This document shows, piece after piece, positions 7,824 to 16,999 of a stretch of 64,000 bases of DNA (the stretch's first letter is position 1; each line of letters begins with the position of its first letter). Source of the stretch: an uncultured Gammaproteobacteria bacterium (lineage in GTDB: Bacteria > Patescibacteriota > Microgenomatia > Levybacterales > GWA1-39-11); NCBI GenBank assembly GCA_964627245.1, contig CAZVGS010000001.1:89256-153255 (forward strand), written 5' to 3'. The position numbers were made by a program, and so were the translations under genes. The notes under the pieces were generated by a model. The model was not told the DNA's origin, did not search any database, and saw nothing but the letters and a program-made list of their open reading frames with translations.

Positions 7824-8291
7824 TTATACGGTTACCTTCTTTTTCTTGAACCTTCTGTATCCTAAATATCCCAATCCCCCAAGTAGTGCCATTGCCACAA
7901 CCCCACCACCTCCACTATCTTCACTCGCTCCCTGAACGGCTATGGTTGGTGTAGGCTCTTTGGGCGAGGGTGTATTCGTGGGTTCATCCGTAGGTTCAGC
8001 GGTAGGAGTAGGAGTATTGGTAACAGCACGGGTTGGTATTCTCGAGGGTGCGGTTGTGTTTATCGGTGCAAATTGTTTTACGGGTGCGGTTGTTGCAACG
8101 GGTGCACTTTCAACCCTTTTTACGCTTCCGTCTGGGTTATGGTGGTGATATTCTCCAGAGCCTAAACCCCATTCTTCGCAATTAGTACGGCATCTATGAC
8201 CACCGCTCCCGTCGGTCCCTCCAGGATGGGCTTCTATAGGGGAAACAGATATATAGAAGAGCAGGGATAAGATAAGTAAAGTTTGATACAT
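7824..8291 (-). CDS. YHYH-domain secreted protein with PT linker and C-terminal TM/basic anchor
   Basis: Signal peptide, then AHPGGTDGSGGHRCRTNCEEWGLGSGEYHHHN (YHYH-family signature), a PT-rich linker, and GGGGVVAMALLGGLGYLGYRRFKKKK at the C-terminus. Confidence 0.7.
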   Translation of the reverse strand: MYQTLLILSLLFYISVSPIEAHPGGTDGSGGHRCRTNCEEWGLGSGEYHHHNPDGSVKRVESAPVATTAPVKQFAPINTTAPSRIPTRAVTNTPTPTAEPTDEPTNTPSPKEPTPTIAVQGASEDSGGGGVVAMALLGGLGYLGYRRFKKKKVTV

Positions 8292-8310
8292 TAACCAGTA
8301 TTATACTCCT

Positions 8311-10227
8311 TTAATCGTGCCAAATGTCATTACCTCTCGCATCCATACCTAACCACTGCTGAGATTTTTCTAATTCCTCACGCCAGTACCACCCGCCGGG
8401 AACTTTTTCTTCTGTCTTTTTCTTAATAGCTGGTTTCCGTGTTGGGGTCGGAGACGGAGCTTCAGTTGTTATCGGGCTAGGGGTAACTGATGGTATTGCG
8501 TTTACCGTTGCTACCGGAGAAAGAATTTCGAGAGCACTCACTTCTTTTATCTTTGTTGCCGAATCAAATAAATAGTAAGTAGTAAATCCAGATACAGTTG
8601 CAAATACAGAGATGAAAATAATGATTTGACTTACAGTGAGATAATTAGCTCTAATGTGTGAAAATGCATAATTAATCCGTTTTGATAGGGGTGGGATTTC
8701 ACTTAACCGTCTTTTGGTATTTCTCATCTGTACAACCAAAATAAACGTTATTATGAAATTCCAAAAAATCCAGAATTGAATAGAAAAATAATCAATATCA
8801 AATAAATGAATATCCCCTGTCCTTAGCCCAATCAGAATTAGAATAGTATAGAAAGTGAAATATATGGTTACAAACCGTGTCGTTTGTGAGAAAGCATGAG
8901 AGACAGATTTGTGTTTCGCGTTAGTTGAAACCCATCCGACAGATTTTTTGAACAATGCGGTTTTTACTGCGTGGGAATACGCATAAGTTCGAGCCATGAG
9001 AATTCCAAAATACCCGAATCGAAATTTAGCGACTGGGAATAACCACAGGTAAACAATTGCAAAAATTAAGTGAGGGTAAAAGAGCAAACTCTTACCGAGA
9101 GGAATATATTCATTGTATAAGAACAGTGTCCAAAAGAGATGGAAAGAGAAGAGGATCATCAAAGGGTGATGTAAATAGAACATAAACCCGGTAATAAAGC
9201 AGAATTTGGTTTTCCACGATGTCTTACCTTTCCAGAAAAATTTTGAAAGCATTAATCGCAAACTACCCATACACCATCTATGTTGTTGGTGGAAAAAGGC
9301 GTATTGATTATCCGGGCATAATCCAATAGATAGAAGTATCGGTACAAATAGAACCCTTAAACCTACTCTTGAAATAGCGTACCCAGTATGAGCATCTTCA
9401 CTGTATTCAATCTGATAGGGTCCGCCGATTGCCTCGATTGCACTTCTCCGATACAATGCACACGAACCACAGCATATAGCCCCCCCGAATCGACTTCTCG
9501 TCACTTGAATAAATCGGTAAAATGGCTCTTCGGCAAATGCTGCGTTATATGCGAATTTTGATTTTTTATATGCATTATCTGACAAATCAAAGTATTGAGG
9601 CGTTTGAACAATTCCGACAGTTGGATCATCCATATACGGGAGCGTTTCTTTTATAAAATCGGGATGGGGTGCGAAATCAGCATCAAAGATTGCGATAAAA
9701 TGACCATTAGACCTCTCAAAAGTATGTTTCAAATTTCCAGCCTTTTTCATATGTCCCTTATTCGGCCGTTCCATATAAACGAATCCAAAGTGTTGAGCCA
9801 ATTCTTTATGCGCCTCGAAATTTTCCTTCGAATCATCCAATACGTATACGGTTTTATTTTTATAGTTAATGTTTGATACGTGTTCCCAGGTATTTCTGAG
9901 TACGTCAACTTCTTCACCACAAATAGGCAAGAAAATATCAACGGGGGGTTCTTTGTCATATGATTTTACAAGTGCAAAGTGTTTCAGCAAGTCAAATTGA
10001 CGGTAAAACAAGTTAAGGCCAAAGCTGGCAAGGTGATAAATAGAGAGTAGTATAAAAATTGGAATGACAAAAAATGAATAAAACGGGTCTATCCCTATGA
10101 CGTTCCAGTACCCAAGCATAATCAAGATCCATGAGAAAATCCCAAATCCATACAGTAATCTAACTTTCCAGGTGGGAGTTTTTTCAATATACAGGTACTT
10201 ATTAATTGTCGAGGGGTTGGGGAGCAT
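8311..10227 (-). CDS. processive family-2 glycosyltransferase (cellulose/chitin-synthase-like) with a C-terminal PT-rich tail
   Basis: 638 aa, multi-TM, with VLDDS, FDADF, QTPQYF, SEDAHTG and QQHRW (QxxRW) motifs. There is an extra C-terminal TM region, a PT linker and a GGWYWREE…tail. Confidence 0.85.
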   Translation of the reverse strand: MLPNPSTINKYLYIEKTPTWKVRLLYGFGIFSWILIMLGYWNVIGIDPFYSFFVIPIFILLSIYHLASFGLNLFYRQFDLLKHFALVKSYDKEPPVDIFLPICGEEVDVLRNTWEHVSNINYKNKTVYVLDDSKENFEAHKELAQHFGFVYMERPNKGHMKKAGNLKHTFERSNGHFIAIFDADFAPHPDFIKETLPYMDDPTVGIVQTPQYFDLSDNAYKKSKFAYNAAFAEEPFYRFIQVTRSRFGGAICCGSCALYRRSAIEAIGGPYQIEYSEDAHTGYAISRVGLRVLFVPILLSIGLCPDNQYAFFHQQHRWCMGSLRLMLSKFFWKGKTSWKTKFCFITGFMFYLHHPLMILFSFHLFWTLFLYNEYIPLGKSLLFYPHLIFAIVYLWLFPVAKFRFGYFGILMARTYAYSHAVKTALFKKSVGWVSTNAKHKSVSHAFSQTTRFVTIYFTFYTILILIGLRTGDIHLFDIDYFSIQFWIFWNFIITFILVVQMRNTKRRLSEIPPLSKRINYAFSHIRANYLTVSQIIIFISVFATVSGFTTYYLFDSATKIKEVSALEILSPVATVNAIPSVTPSPITTEAPSPTPTRKPAIKKKTEEKVPGGWYWREELEKSQQWLGMDARGNDIWHD

Positions 10228-10232
10228 ACGAA

Positions 10233-10532
10233 CTAGTTACCACCATTTCGTACACGGGACACAAAATCTCTAATTCTTTGTTGAAAGTCATTGTTATATT
10301 CTTTGAATTCTGGATTACGAACAGCTTTACAGCTTGGATAAGAAATTTGTCGATTAAATGGAAGTTCGCGTGTTACAGTCTGACAAACAATAGTTACAGG
10401 TGTATGAGGATTATCATAAATTGGCGGTGTTACTCCACCTCCACCATAAGCAGAAGCTGTTGGAACGTTAAATAAGAATACGGAGAGAATAAATGTGAGT
10501 ATAAATAACTTTTTCATCCTTAAAAGCATCAT
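10233..10532 (-). CDS. small secreted protein (first gene of cargo operon)
   Basis: 99 aa with signal peptide MKKLFILTFILSVFLFNVPTASA. Separated from the GT2 gene by 5 nt. Confidence 0.55.
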   Translation of the reverse strand: MMLLRMKKLFILTFILSVFLFNVPTASAYGGGGVTPPIYDNPHTPVTIVCQTVTRELPFNRQISYPSCKAVRNPEFKEYNNDFQQRIRDFVSRVRNGGN

Positions 10533-10586
10533 AACAGATGCATCTTATAATATCAATACCCATTTCTTACAATATTTTAATTTTTG

Positions 10587-10609
10587 AAAACTTGACTTCC
10601 TGTCCGTTA
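10587..10609 (+). promoter_or_regulatory. conserved promoter/operator-like box, copy 2 (AAAACTTGACTTCCTGTCCGTTA)
   Basis: 22 of 23 nt identical to 4840-4862. Confidence 0.5.
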
Positions 10610-10656
10610 GTACGATAGGGTTTCATCATAAGCTAAACAGCCAAGCACTAGCACTT

Positions 10657-10692
10657 AGCGACTAATCGTATTTTCGAGAGGTCGCTTTTTTT
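10657..10692 (+). terminator. promoter-proximal intrinsic terminator in the leader of the 10790-16553 operon
   Basis: AGCGAC…GTCGCT stem with an internal loop, followed by TTTTTTT. It lies 47 nt after box copy 2 and about 100 nt before the first gene. Confidence 0.45.
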
Positions 10693-10789
10693 GTGGCTGG
10701 AATGTTGAAAAGCGGGGGTTCCTCCTTCAACAAGGGGTCCATAATGCCCCCGCCTTTGAGCCTTTCAGTTAAATGATACAAGGTTAAAT

Positions 10790-11062
10790 ATGAAGAAAGT
10801 AAGCAGAAACAATTTATACAGAGAGATAGACAAATTATTCCTTTGGTTAATTCAGTTACCCGATACTGATGCCGATGAGGATAAGTCTTTGCGTGAAATT
10901 CAGAAACATCTTGTCAGGTTATCAAATCTGAAAAGTGAGGAATACACTCAGGAAGCTCCTGAACAGCCGGAACAACCGCAACAGCAGGAACCGCAAAAGC
11001 CGTTAACCGATATGCAACGAAAAATTATGAGCGGGGAAATCTCGATAGGAGGACAGGAATAA
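10790..11062 (+). CDS. hypothetical acidic protein
   Basis: 90-aa ORF, first of a co-directional array of 7 ORFs. Confidence 0.5.
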   Translation: MKKVSRNNLYREIDKLFLWLIQLPDTDADEDKSLREIQKHLVRLSNLKSEEYTQEAPEQPEQPQQQEPQKPLTDMQRKIMSGEISIGGQE

Positions 11063-11063
11063 A

Positions 11064-12101
11064 ATGGCTTGGGGCGAACAGGGACAGAAAATTACATGGA
11101 CACCGAACGTAGTTTCAGACGATAAGAAACAACACGGCGGATGGTATGACAATCCTTCAACGGGATATAACCAACGGTGGTACTCAGGCGGTGCAACCAG
11201 TGAAAACGGTAACTCTTCCTCTAGTGGCTTCTCAATTCCTCAACCTGATATGGAAGCAATCAATCGGGAGTATCAGCCTATTTATGAGAATTATGCCCGT
11301 GATGAGCAGTTCTTAAAAGAATCCCAGGCAAGTGAGCAGGAAATGCTTAATGACAATTTTACTCTTGCCGATACCCGACTTGATAGGAATAAAACGGAGC
11401 GCGAGTTACACAACAAGGAACAGGAAACTACACTTAATAATCAATACCGCTCAGCGTACGAGGAAGTAGTACGCGCACAGAACGCATTAACACAGCAGGG
11501 AAATGTACGATTCGGAGGCACATCTTCAGCGGGTCGGGCTATGGGAGAAATCGCACAAAGTGAATTCTTCCGACAGTCAGGAAAAATACAGAATACCCAT
11601 CTTGAGAATATAGGCAGAATTCAGTCCGATTGGAGAAAATATCTTTCTTGGCATGCGGACGAAGAGCAAAGACTGGTCCAGGAGAAAAGACACGAAACCA
11701 CAAAACTTCAAAACACGTACAAACAGATGTATGTTCAGATTGCAAATAACCGTAACATCACAAAATCAGAACAGGCACGGGCACAGCGCAACGCTCAGGA
11801 AACATACCAGGCACGTAAGGCAGACCTTGAGAACTCTATCAAACTCAGACAGATGGCAATGGATGAGTACGCCCAAAAACTCAGAATGGAACTTGATGCG
11901 CAAATTGAGTTAGCGGGTAAAACAGCCTATTCGGTATCGGATAACACGTTTGCAAGTGATACTCAGTCAGATGTTGACGGTGTAAGTTATGTTCCTTCCG
12001 AGAACGGCAGTCTTATGAATATGAATACCAGTTATGTAAATCCGTTCGCACGCGCACGATACAGCGATGATGAATTTGAGGATAATCCTTATTTCGCTTA
12101 A
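11064..12101 (+). CDS. Gln/Asn/Glu-rich coiled-coil protein, function unknown
   Basis: 345-aa ORF. The N-terminus has GGWYDNPSTGYNQRWY and the centre is long, heptad-like and charged. It starts 1 nt after the upstream stop. Confidence 0.6.
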   Translation: MAWGEQGQKITWTPNVVSDDKKQHGGWYDNPSTGYNQRWYSGGATSENGNSSSSGFSIPQPDMEAINREYQPIYENYARDEQFLKESQASEQEMLNDNFTLADTRLDRNKTERELHNKEQETTLNNQYRSAYEEVVRAQNALTQQGNVRFGGTSSAGRAMGEIAQSEFFRQSGKIQNTHLENIGRIQSDWRKYLSWHADEEQRLVQEKRHETTKLQNTYKQMYVQIANNRNITKSEQARAQRNAQETYQARKADLENSIKLRQMAMDEYAQKLRMELDAQIELAGKTAYSVSDNTFASDTQSDVDGVSYVPSENGSLMNMNTSYVNPFARARYSDDEFEDNPYFA

Positions 12102-12106
12102 TAACT

Positions 12107-15100
12107 ATGGAATTAAAATCACTGCTCAGAGACGTTTCACGCCGTTATAACGAATATAACCGTAAACAGAAAAAACCACGCATACAGCCGAGTCTTATTG
12201 AAGATGTCGGGAACCGATTCCGCTCATTCGTAAAAGAACAGTCTCAGGAAGGCCAACCGCTCCACAAAATAACCCGCACCATTCAGGAATTACCGTTAGT
12301 TACACAACGCGAAGTAGATGAGGTCGGGACCCGCTTTCGCTCTTTCGTGGATGAAAGACAAAAAAATGTTGATGATGTGGGTAAACGATTCGGGGAATTC
12401 AAAGTAAAGGCTTCTCAGTTTTCAAAGGATTATGACCCGTTCAACTTTGATGAAAAAGCCCCGATAAATCAGCTTCCCGTTCTCGGCGATATCCGCAGAA
12501 CATTACAGCCGTATACAAATCCTTATAAATTAGGTCCTATGGAACTGATGCGCAGAAATACGGAACTCATGCAAAAAGAGAGTAAAGGAATTGCATTGAC
12601 CGATGAGGAAAAGGAATTTCAGAAGTATTACATGACCGAACAGGCTTCTATGGTTATGCCGATGGGTACGGTCGGTAAAGTGGCAAAACCCGCATTAACC
12701 GCATTGCAGAAAGAAGCCGTAAAGAAATTACCTAAAATACTCTATGAATTTGATGCTAAGACCGCAAACAAGGTAATTGATGAAGCAAAAGGAGCCTCTA
12801 AAGAATGGGTTGATGAATTCAAATCATGGGTAAATACCAGAGCATCCGCACAGCTTCAGGGACTGAATCAGCGGATGAAATTCAAGGATATGGATTCTGA
12901 GGGAATTGCAGGTATTTTTAAGTTCCAGGCAGGAGACAAGACGGGACGGTTTGCCGATGTGAAGAAATTTTTTGATTCCCGCTATTCAGAACTTCAGAAA
13001 GCAGGAGTTGAATTCAGATATAAACAGGAGTATCTACCGCAACTATGGCTTAATTCAAAAGAAGAGGTTGAGGAACGGCTCGGACGAACTCTTACTTCCC
13101 GTCCTTCCTTCTCTCTTCGATCAGTAATTGAGAATTATCAGAAAGGAATAGCTAACGGACTAAAACCGCGCTTTCAGACATTATCGGAACTTATCGGATG
13201 GTATGAGGCAAAAACGGCCAAAGTTATAGCGGATCAGAATTTTTACAACTACATGAAGAAGGCAAAGTATATTCTTCCTGAGGATACGGCTCCTGCATGG
13301 TGGAAAACGATAGATTCCGAGAAGTTTCCGAAGTTCACGGTTAAAGTAGGTTCGGAGGTTAAGAATCTGAACTATAAAGCTGAGGGAAGAATTGCGGATG
13401 CTATTAACAATTATCTTAATGACCCTGAAGGAGCATTACCAGCTTTTGCTGACTTTGCCACGAAGGTTAAGAATCTGGGATTATCGGCAGGCGTACCCCA
13501 TACTTCAATTAACTTTCACGGCTATAACATCTTCGTCCGTTCGGTCCTGGCAAGTAATAACCCCGTATCTTCTATTTTCAGAACAGGCCAATGGATGCTT
13601 AAACCCAAAATTGCGGAACGGTTTGTTATGAATAACCTTGAGGATGCGCAGTATTTTGTTAAAAACGGCATGACCATGAGTACCGAGGATTACGGACTGT
13701 TCGAGGCGGTTGAGAAGGTTAAAAAAAGCGGTGTAATTAATAAGACATTAGATAAATATGAGGAATGGTTCGGGGACCCTCTGTTTAAGAAATCCCTTCC
13801 CGCAATCAAAATTCAGTATACCCGCGCATTGTTTGATGATTTACTCAAAACATTGCCTGAAGAGGAAGCGGTAAAGATAGCCGTAAAAAGCGCAAATGAT
13901 GTATTCGGGGGAATTAATTTGAATGAACTGATGCGCAACAAACAAACACAAAATGTACTCCGTTCCGTTCTGCTCGCGCCAGACTGGGCTGAGTCTACAA
14001 TCAGAATGGGTAAAGGAATTGTTAAAGGAGTTGCCAACCCGTTAAGCCCCGAGTACAAAGCATACCGTACTTTTGCCAAAAACATGGTATTCGGGTATAT
14101 CACGGCCAACGTTGTGAATAAAGCTCTGTCAGGTCACTGGATGTTTGAAAATGAAGGTAACAATAAATTCAATATTGATACCGGTACATATACGGGAGAC
14201 GGTAAGAAACGGTACTTCAGAATCTGGGGTACGGCCGTTGATTTTGCCAGACTTCCTGTTGATATCGTTAACGGTCTCTCAAAAGGCGATCCGTCAGCAT
14301 TTGTCAGAACCTTCACTAACCGCTTATCCATGCCTGTAGGTTCAGCAGGACATTTACTATTCAATAAAGATTATCTCGGACGGCCCGTATACGGAAAAGA
14401 CCAATGGGGAAATGAAATCGACCCTATACAGTCAGCAGGAGGCATAACAAATGAAGTATTACGCGGTGTCGGAACTCCTACTCAGGTAATGGCGGGTATT
14501 GATTTACTTACAGGGCGTTCAAATCCCGAACAGGCTCTTGCTCAGTCACTTGAACTTCCGATGCGATATCAGGGAGGAGCAAGCTCGGACACACAGAAAA
14601 GAAGAAATGCAGCGTTTCAGTCTCTCGGCTTTGAAGGCGAAGCATTAGCCCGCGAAATGGAGAGAACAAAGGGTATGAGATATTCGGGAAGTCAGGGAGA
14701 AGAAAAGTCACTGCTTGACCATATCGGAGAAAAGTTCATGAGCGTATTCGGTAAGAAAGAACCTAACAGACCTCAGCCGAATGACCCGCTTACAAAGGCT
14801 TTTCTTGCGGATATCGAAAAGGATGAGAATGCTACCCGTGTAAGAGAAGTATTCAAATTAGGTTTAAGCAAGGAACAGACAGAACAGTTACTTGAAAAGG
14901 AAGGATTAGGTACGTATGAAGAAGCTGAATTGATAATTATGAAAGCTCTCGGTGTTGAGAACGGAACTCGTGGAAATTACATTCAGGAGATTACAAAGGG
15001 AATGGATGATGAAAGTAAAGAGGCCACTCTTTCCTATCTGGCCGAGAACGAAATTCTGACTACCTCAGTTATATCCCAATGGGTTGATGACGGGGAAATA

Positions 15101-15391
15101 ACAGACGAGGAAGCCGATTATCTGAAGGACCTGATTAAAAAAAGTAAAGGAACGTACAAAGGTCCGAAGGCAAAAGGCGGTAAGAAAGCGGGCGCAAAGA
15201 AAGTAACGGCAGGAAGTATCCCGACAATTAAGATTCCTACTTTTGCGGGCGGTACGGTTAAGAGTGTCAGCAAGGCATATTACAAACCGATACCAAAGAT
15301 TACCTATGAAAGACCTACGCCTACTTCAAAACAAAAAGTATCAGCTCCGAAGCCTGAGACTAATTTTAAATCATACGGAGGGAACAACTAA
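12107..15391 (+). CDS. large (1094 aa) protein of unknown function with N-terminal triple repeat and basic C-terminal tail
   Basis: Longest ORF of the element. It has three copies of (D/E)(D/E)VG(N/T/K)RF(R/G)(S/E)F in the first ~100 aa and a Lys-rich C-terminus (KAKGGKKAGAKK…). I found no Walker A or other catalytic motif. Confidence 0.75.
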   Translation: MELKSLLRDVSRRYNEYNRKQKKPRIQPSLIEDVGNRFRSFVKEQSQEGQPLHKITRTIQELPLVTQREVDEVGTRFRSFVDERQKNVDDVGKRFGEFKVKASQFSKDYDPFNFDEKAPINQLPVLGDIRRTLQPYTNPYKLGPMELMRRNTELMQKESKGIALTDEEKEFQKYYMTEQASMVMPMGTVGKVAKPALTALQKEAVKKLPKILYEFDAKTANKVIDEAKGASKEWVDEFKSWVNTRASAQLQGLNQRMKFKDMDSEGIAGIFKFQAGDKTGRFADVKKFFDSRYSELQKAGVEFRYKQEYLPQLWLNSKEEVEERLGRTLTSRPSFSLRSVIENYQKGIANGLKPRFQTLSELIGWYEAKTAKVIADQNFYNYMKKAKYILPEDTAPAWWKTIDSEKFPKFTVKVGSEVKNLNYKAEGRIADAINNYLNDPEGALPAFADFATKVKNLGLSAGVPHTSINFHGYNIFVRSVLASNNPVSSIFRTGQWMLKPKIAERFVMNNLEDAQYFVKNGMTMSTEDYGLFEAVEKVKKSGVINKTLDKYEEWFGDPLFKKSLPAIKIQYTRALFDDLLKTLPEEEAVKIAVKSANDVFGGINLNELMRNKQTQNVLRSVLLAPDWAESTIRMGKGIVKGVANPLSPEYKAYRTFAKNMVFGYITANVVNKALSGHWMFENEGNNKFNIDTGTYTGDGKKRYFRIWGTAVDFARLPVDIVNGLSKGDPSAFVRTFTNRLSMPVGSAGHLLFNKDYLGRPVYGKDQWGNEIDPIQSAGGITNEVLRGVGTPTQVMAGIDLLTGRSNPEQALAQSLELPMRYQGGASSDTQKRRNAAFQSLGFEGEALAREMERTKGMRYSGSQGEEKSLLDHIGEKFMSVFGKKEPNRPQPNDPLTKAFLADIEKDENATRVREVFKLGLSKEQTEQLLEKEGLGTYEEAELIIMKALGVENGTRGNYIQEITKGMDDESKEATLSYLAENEILTTSVISQWVDDGEITDEEADYLKDLIKKSKGTYKGPKAKGGKKAGAKKVTAGSIPTIKIPTFAGGTVKSVSKAYYKPIPKITYERPTPTSKQKVSAPKPETNFKSYGGNN

Positions 15392-15393
15392 TT

Positions 15394-15579
15394 ATGAATA
15401 AAAAGTGTCTTACATGCGGGACGGAATTACAGAAACGAAAACATGAAAGCCGGGCAAGATTTGAAAAAAAGCAGTTCTGTACGGCCGAACATGCCAGGAC
15501 ACATATGAAGGAAACAGGGCGTGGCTGGTGGAATCCGGAATTTGATAGAGGAAAACTCAGAGCAAAGGGGGTGAATTAA
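15394..15579 (+). CDS. small zinc-binding protein
   Basis: 61 aa with CLTC…CTAEH. Confidence 0.5.
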   Translation: MNKKCLTCGTELQKRKHESRARFEKKQFCTAEHARTHMKETGRGWWNPEFDRGKLRAKGVN

Positions 15580-15581
15580 AT

Positions 15582-15776
15582 ATGAACAAAGACCAATTAA
15601 GAGATGAAATGCAACAGGTAGCTTATGACACTATTCGGGGCGTTTCAGGACAACAGGTAAACGAGATTGATTACAAGAACGCGCTTGTATCAAAAACTCA
15701 GGAAGTCGTTGACGGAGCATATCAGCTCGGTTATAACGCGGGCTTTGAGGCGGGCAAAAACGCGCCACAAGGTTAA
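15582..15776 (+). CDS. hypothetical small protein
   Basis: 64-aa ORF, tightly packed against its neighbours. Confidence 0.5.
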   Translation: MNKDQLRDEMQQVAYDTIRGVSGQQVNEIDYKNALVSKTQEVVDGAYQLGYNAGFEAGKNAPQG

Positions 15777-15808
15777 GAAATATTAAAAATGAAAGGAGGT
15801 GTAAAAAT

Positions 15809-16201
15809 ATGATTCGCAGAGATAAAACAAATTACGATCCTAACAAGGATAAATACAACTGGACGAACGACATGTACCGACAGGATGAGCTTTCTAACAG
15901 GGATTTAGAAGAACAGAAAGCGATAATCAATAACTGGCAGGCTATGAGTGAAAGTAAAAATGAAGCTGAAAAAGCCGAATGGGAACTGAACAGAAGAATT
16001 GCAGCGGTTACCGAAACGGATAATGCAGACATCAGACAGAAAGAGGCAATTAAGAGATACAAAATAGCCCAAAAATATGACGAGATAATCCGTAGCAAAA
16101 TGACAAGAGGCCAGACAGAGGAAGAATTTGAAGAAGAACGTCATGAATACGGAGCATTGCATCGCAGGGCTTTAAAAGAGGCTATGCGGTCAATTGAATA
16201 A
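15809..16201 (+). CDS. hypothetical charged helical protein
   Basis: 130-aa ORF preceded by a strong SD (aaaggaggtgtaaaaatATG). Confidence 0.55.
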   Translation: MIRRDKTNYDPNKDKYNWTNDMYRQDELSNRDLEEQKAIINNWQAMSESKNEAEKAEWELNRRIAAVTETDNADIRQKEAIKRYKIAQKYDEIIRSKMTRGQTEEEFEEERHEYGALHRRALKEAMRSIE

Positions 16202-16553
16202 TATGAGGGACGAGAAATGTATTGAATGCAGTGAGCAATTCACGATTACGGAAAGTGAACAATCATTTTATGTAAAGATGGGGTTCTTTCTTCCGAAAAG
16301 ATGCGCTGATTGCAGAAGAAAAAGAAAAGCTCAATTCGGGCAGGAAAGGAGGTTTAACTTAATGAATAATTCAAAACTTACAACATCAAGAATTACAAAG
16401 GCCACGAAGCAGGAAGCACCTAAAAATGCTATAGATTTTGCTTCTGACCAGAGAAAGGGAGTAACCAACTCTCAGGCTCCTGAAATTCGTGCGAATAACG
16501 GAACCATCTCTAGCAACGGCGGACGGTTCGGCGGATTCCTTAAGAACCGCTAA
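16194..16553 (+). CDS. zinc-ribbon protein (zf-trcl-like CxxC…EQxFY…RCxxCR)
   Basis: 119 aa. CIECSEQFTITESEQSFYVKMGFFLPKRCADCRRKRK matches the pattern I recall for the 'probable zinc-ribbon' family. Confidence 0.55.
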   Translation: MNNMRDEKCIECSEQFTITESEQSFYVKMGFFLPKRCADCRRKRKAQFGQERRFNLMNNSKLTTSRITKATKQEAPKNAIDFASDQRKGVTNSQAPEIRANNGTISSNGGRFGGFLKNR

Positions 16554-16963
16554 CGGTAATTGGAGGGCAGGTTGTTGTTCGTGAGTTCAAACGGAAACGA
16601 GCAGTTTCCGGGTAATGTGTTCCTCATGAGCAACGCTCTGTCCTTCAGGACGGAATGGCTTACAGCCTGAGATTTCATAGCTCTCAGTCAACACCAACGG
16701 GCGGAGCGGGTAAAGAATGTGCAGGAAAATCAGTCTCACAATAATAACTTTACCTGCCCGCTACGAAGTGCATACTCTACGGCTCTGTAATGCCTCAAAA
16801 ACGAGAGGAAATGCCTGAATCATACACATATACCATTAACGGGGTAAGACACGAAAAACGAAACTATACGGCCTTCTGGACCATAGATGAATAATAAATA
16901 TATTATGTATGTACAGGCACATAATTAGTTAAGATAACAGTAATTACTTAACGTACTATAAGC

Positions 16964-16992
16964 TTGACAAGTCACTTCCAGCATGATACAAA
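16964..16992 (+). promoter_or_regulatory. sigma70-like promoter (TTGACA-17-TACAAA)
   Basis: Sequence agcTTGACAagtcacttccagcatgaTACAAA inside the 780-nt ORF-free region. Confidence 0.4.
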
Positions 16993-16999
16993 TAATATG

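Noticed and set aside
8311-11200. Shared GGWY motif between the GT2 C-terminal tail (GGWYWREE) and the N-terminus of the 345-aa protein (GGWYDNPSTGYNQRWY), as a possible cell-wall-binding repeat
   Set aside because: The match is too short (4 aa plus aromatic spacing) to support homology without a profile search.
16790-16885. 31-aa ORF (MPQKREEMPESYTYTINGVRHEKRTIRPSGP) in the 780-nt non-coding hub
   Set aside because: No RBS, no coupling and no recognisable features. The region is better explained by RNA or DNA structure.
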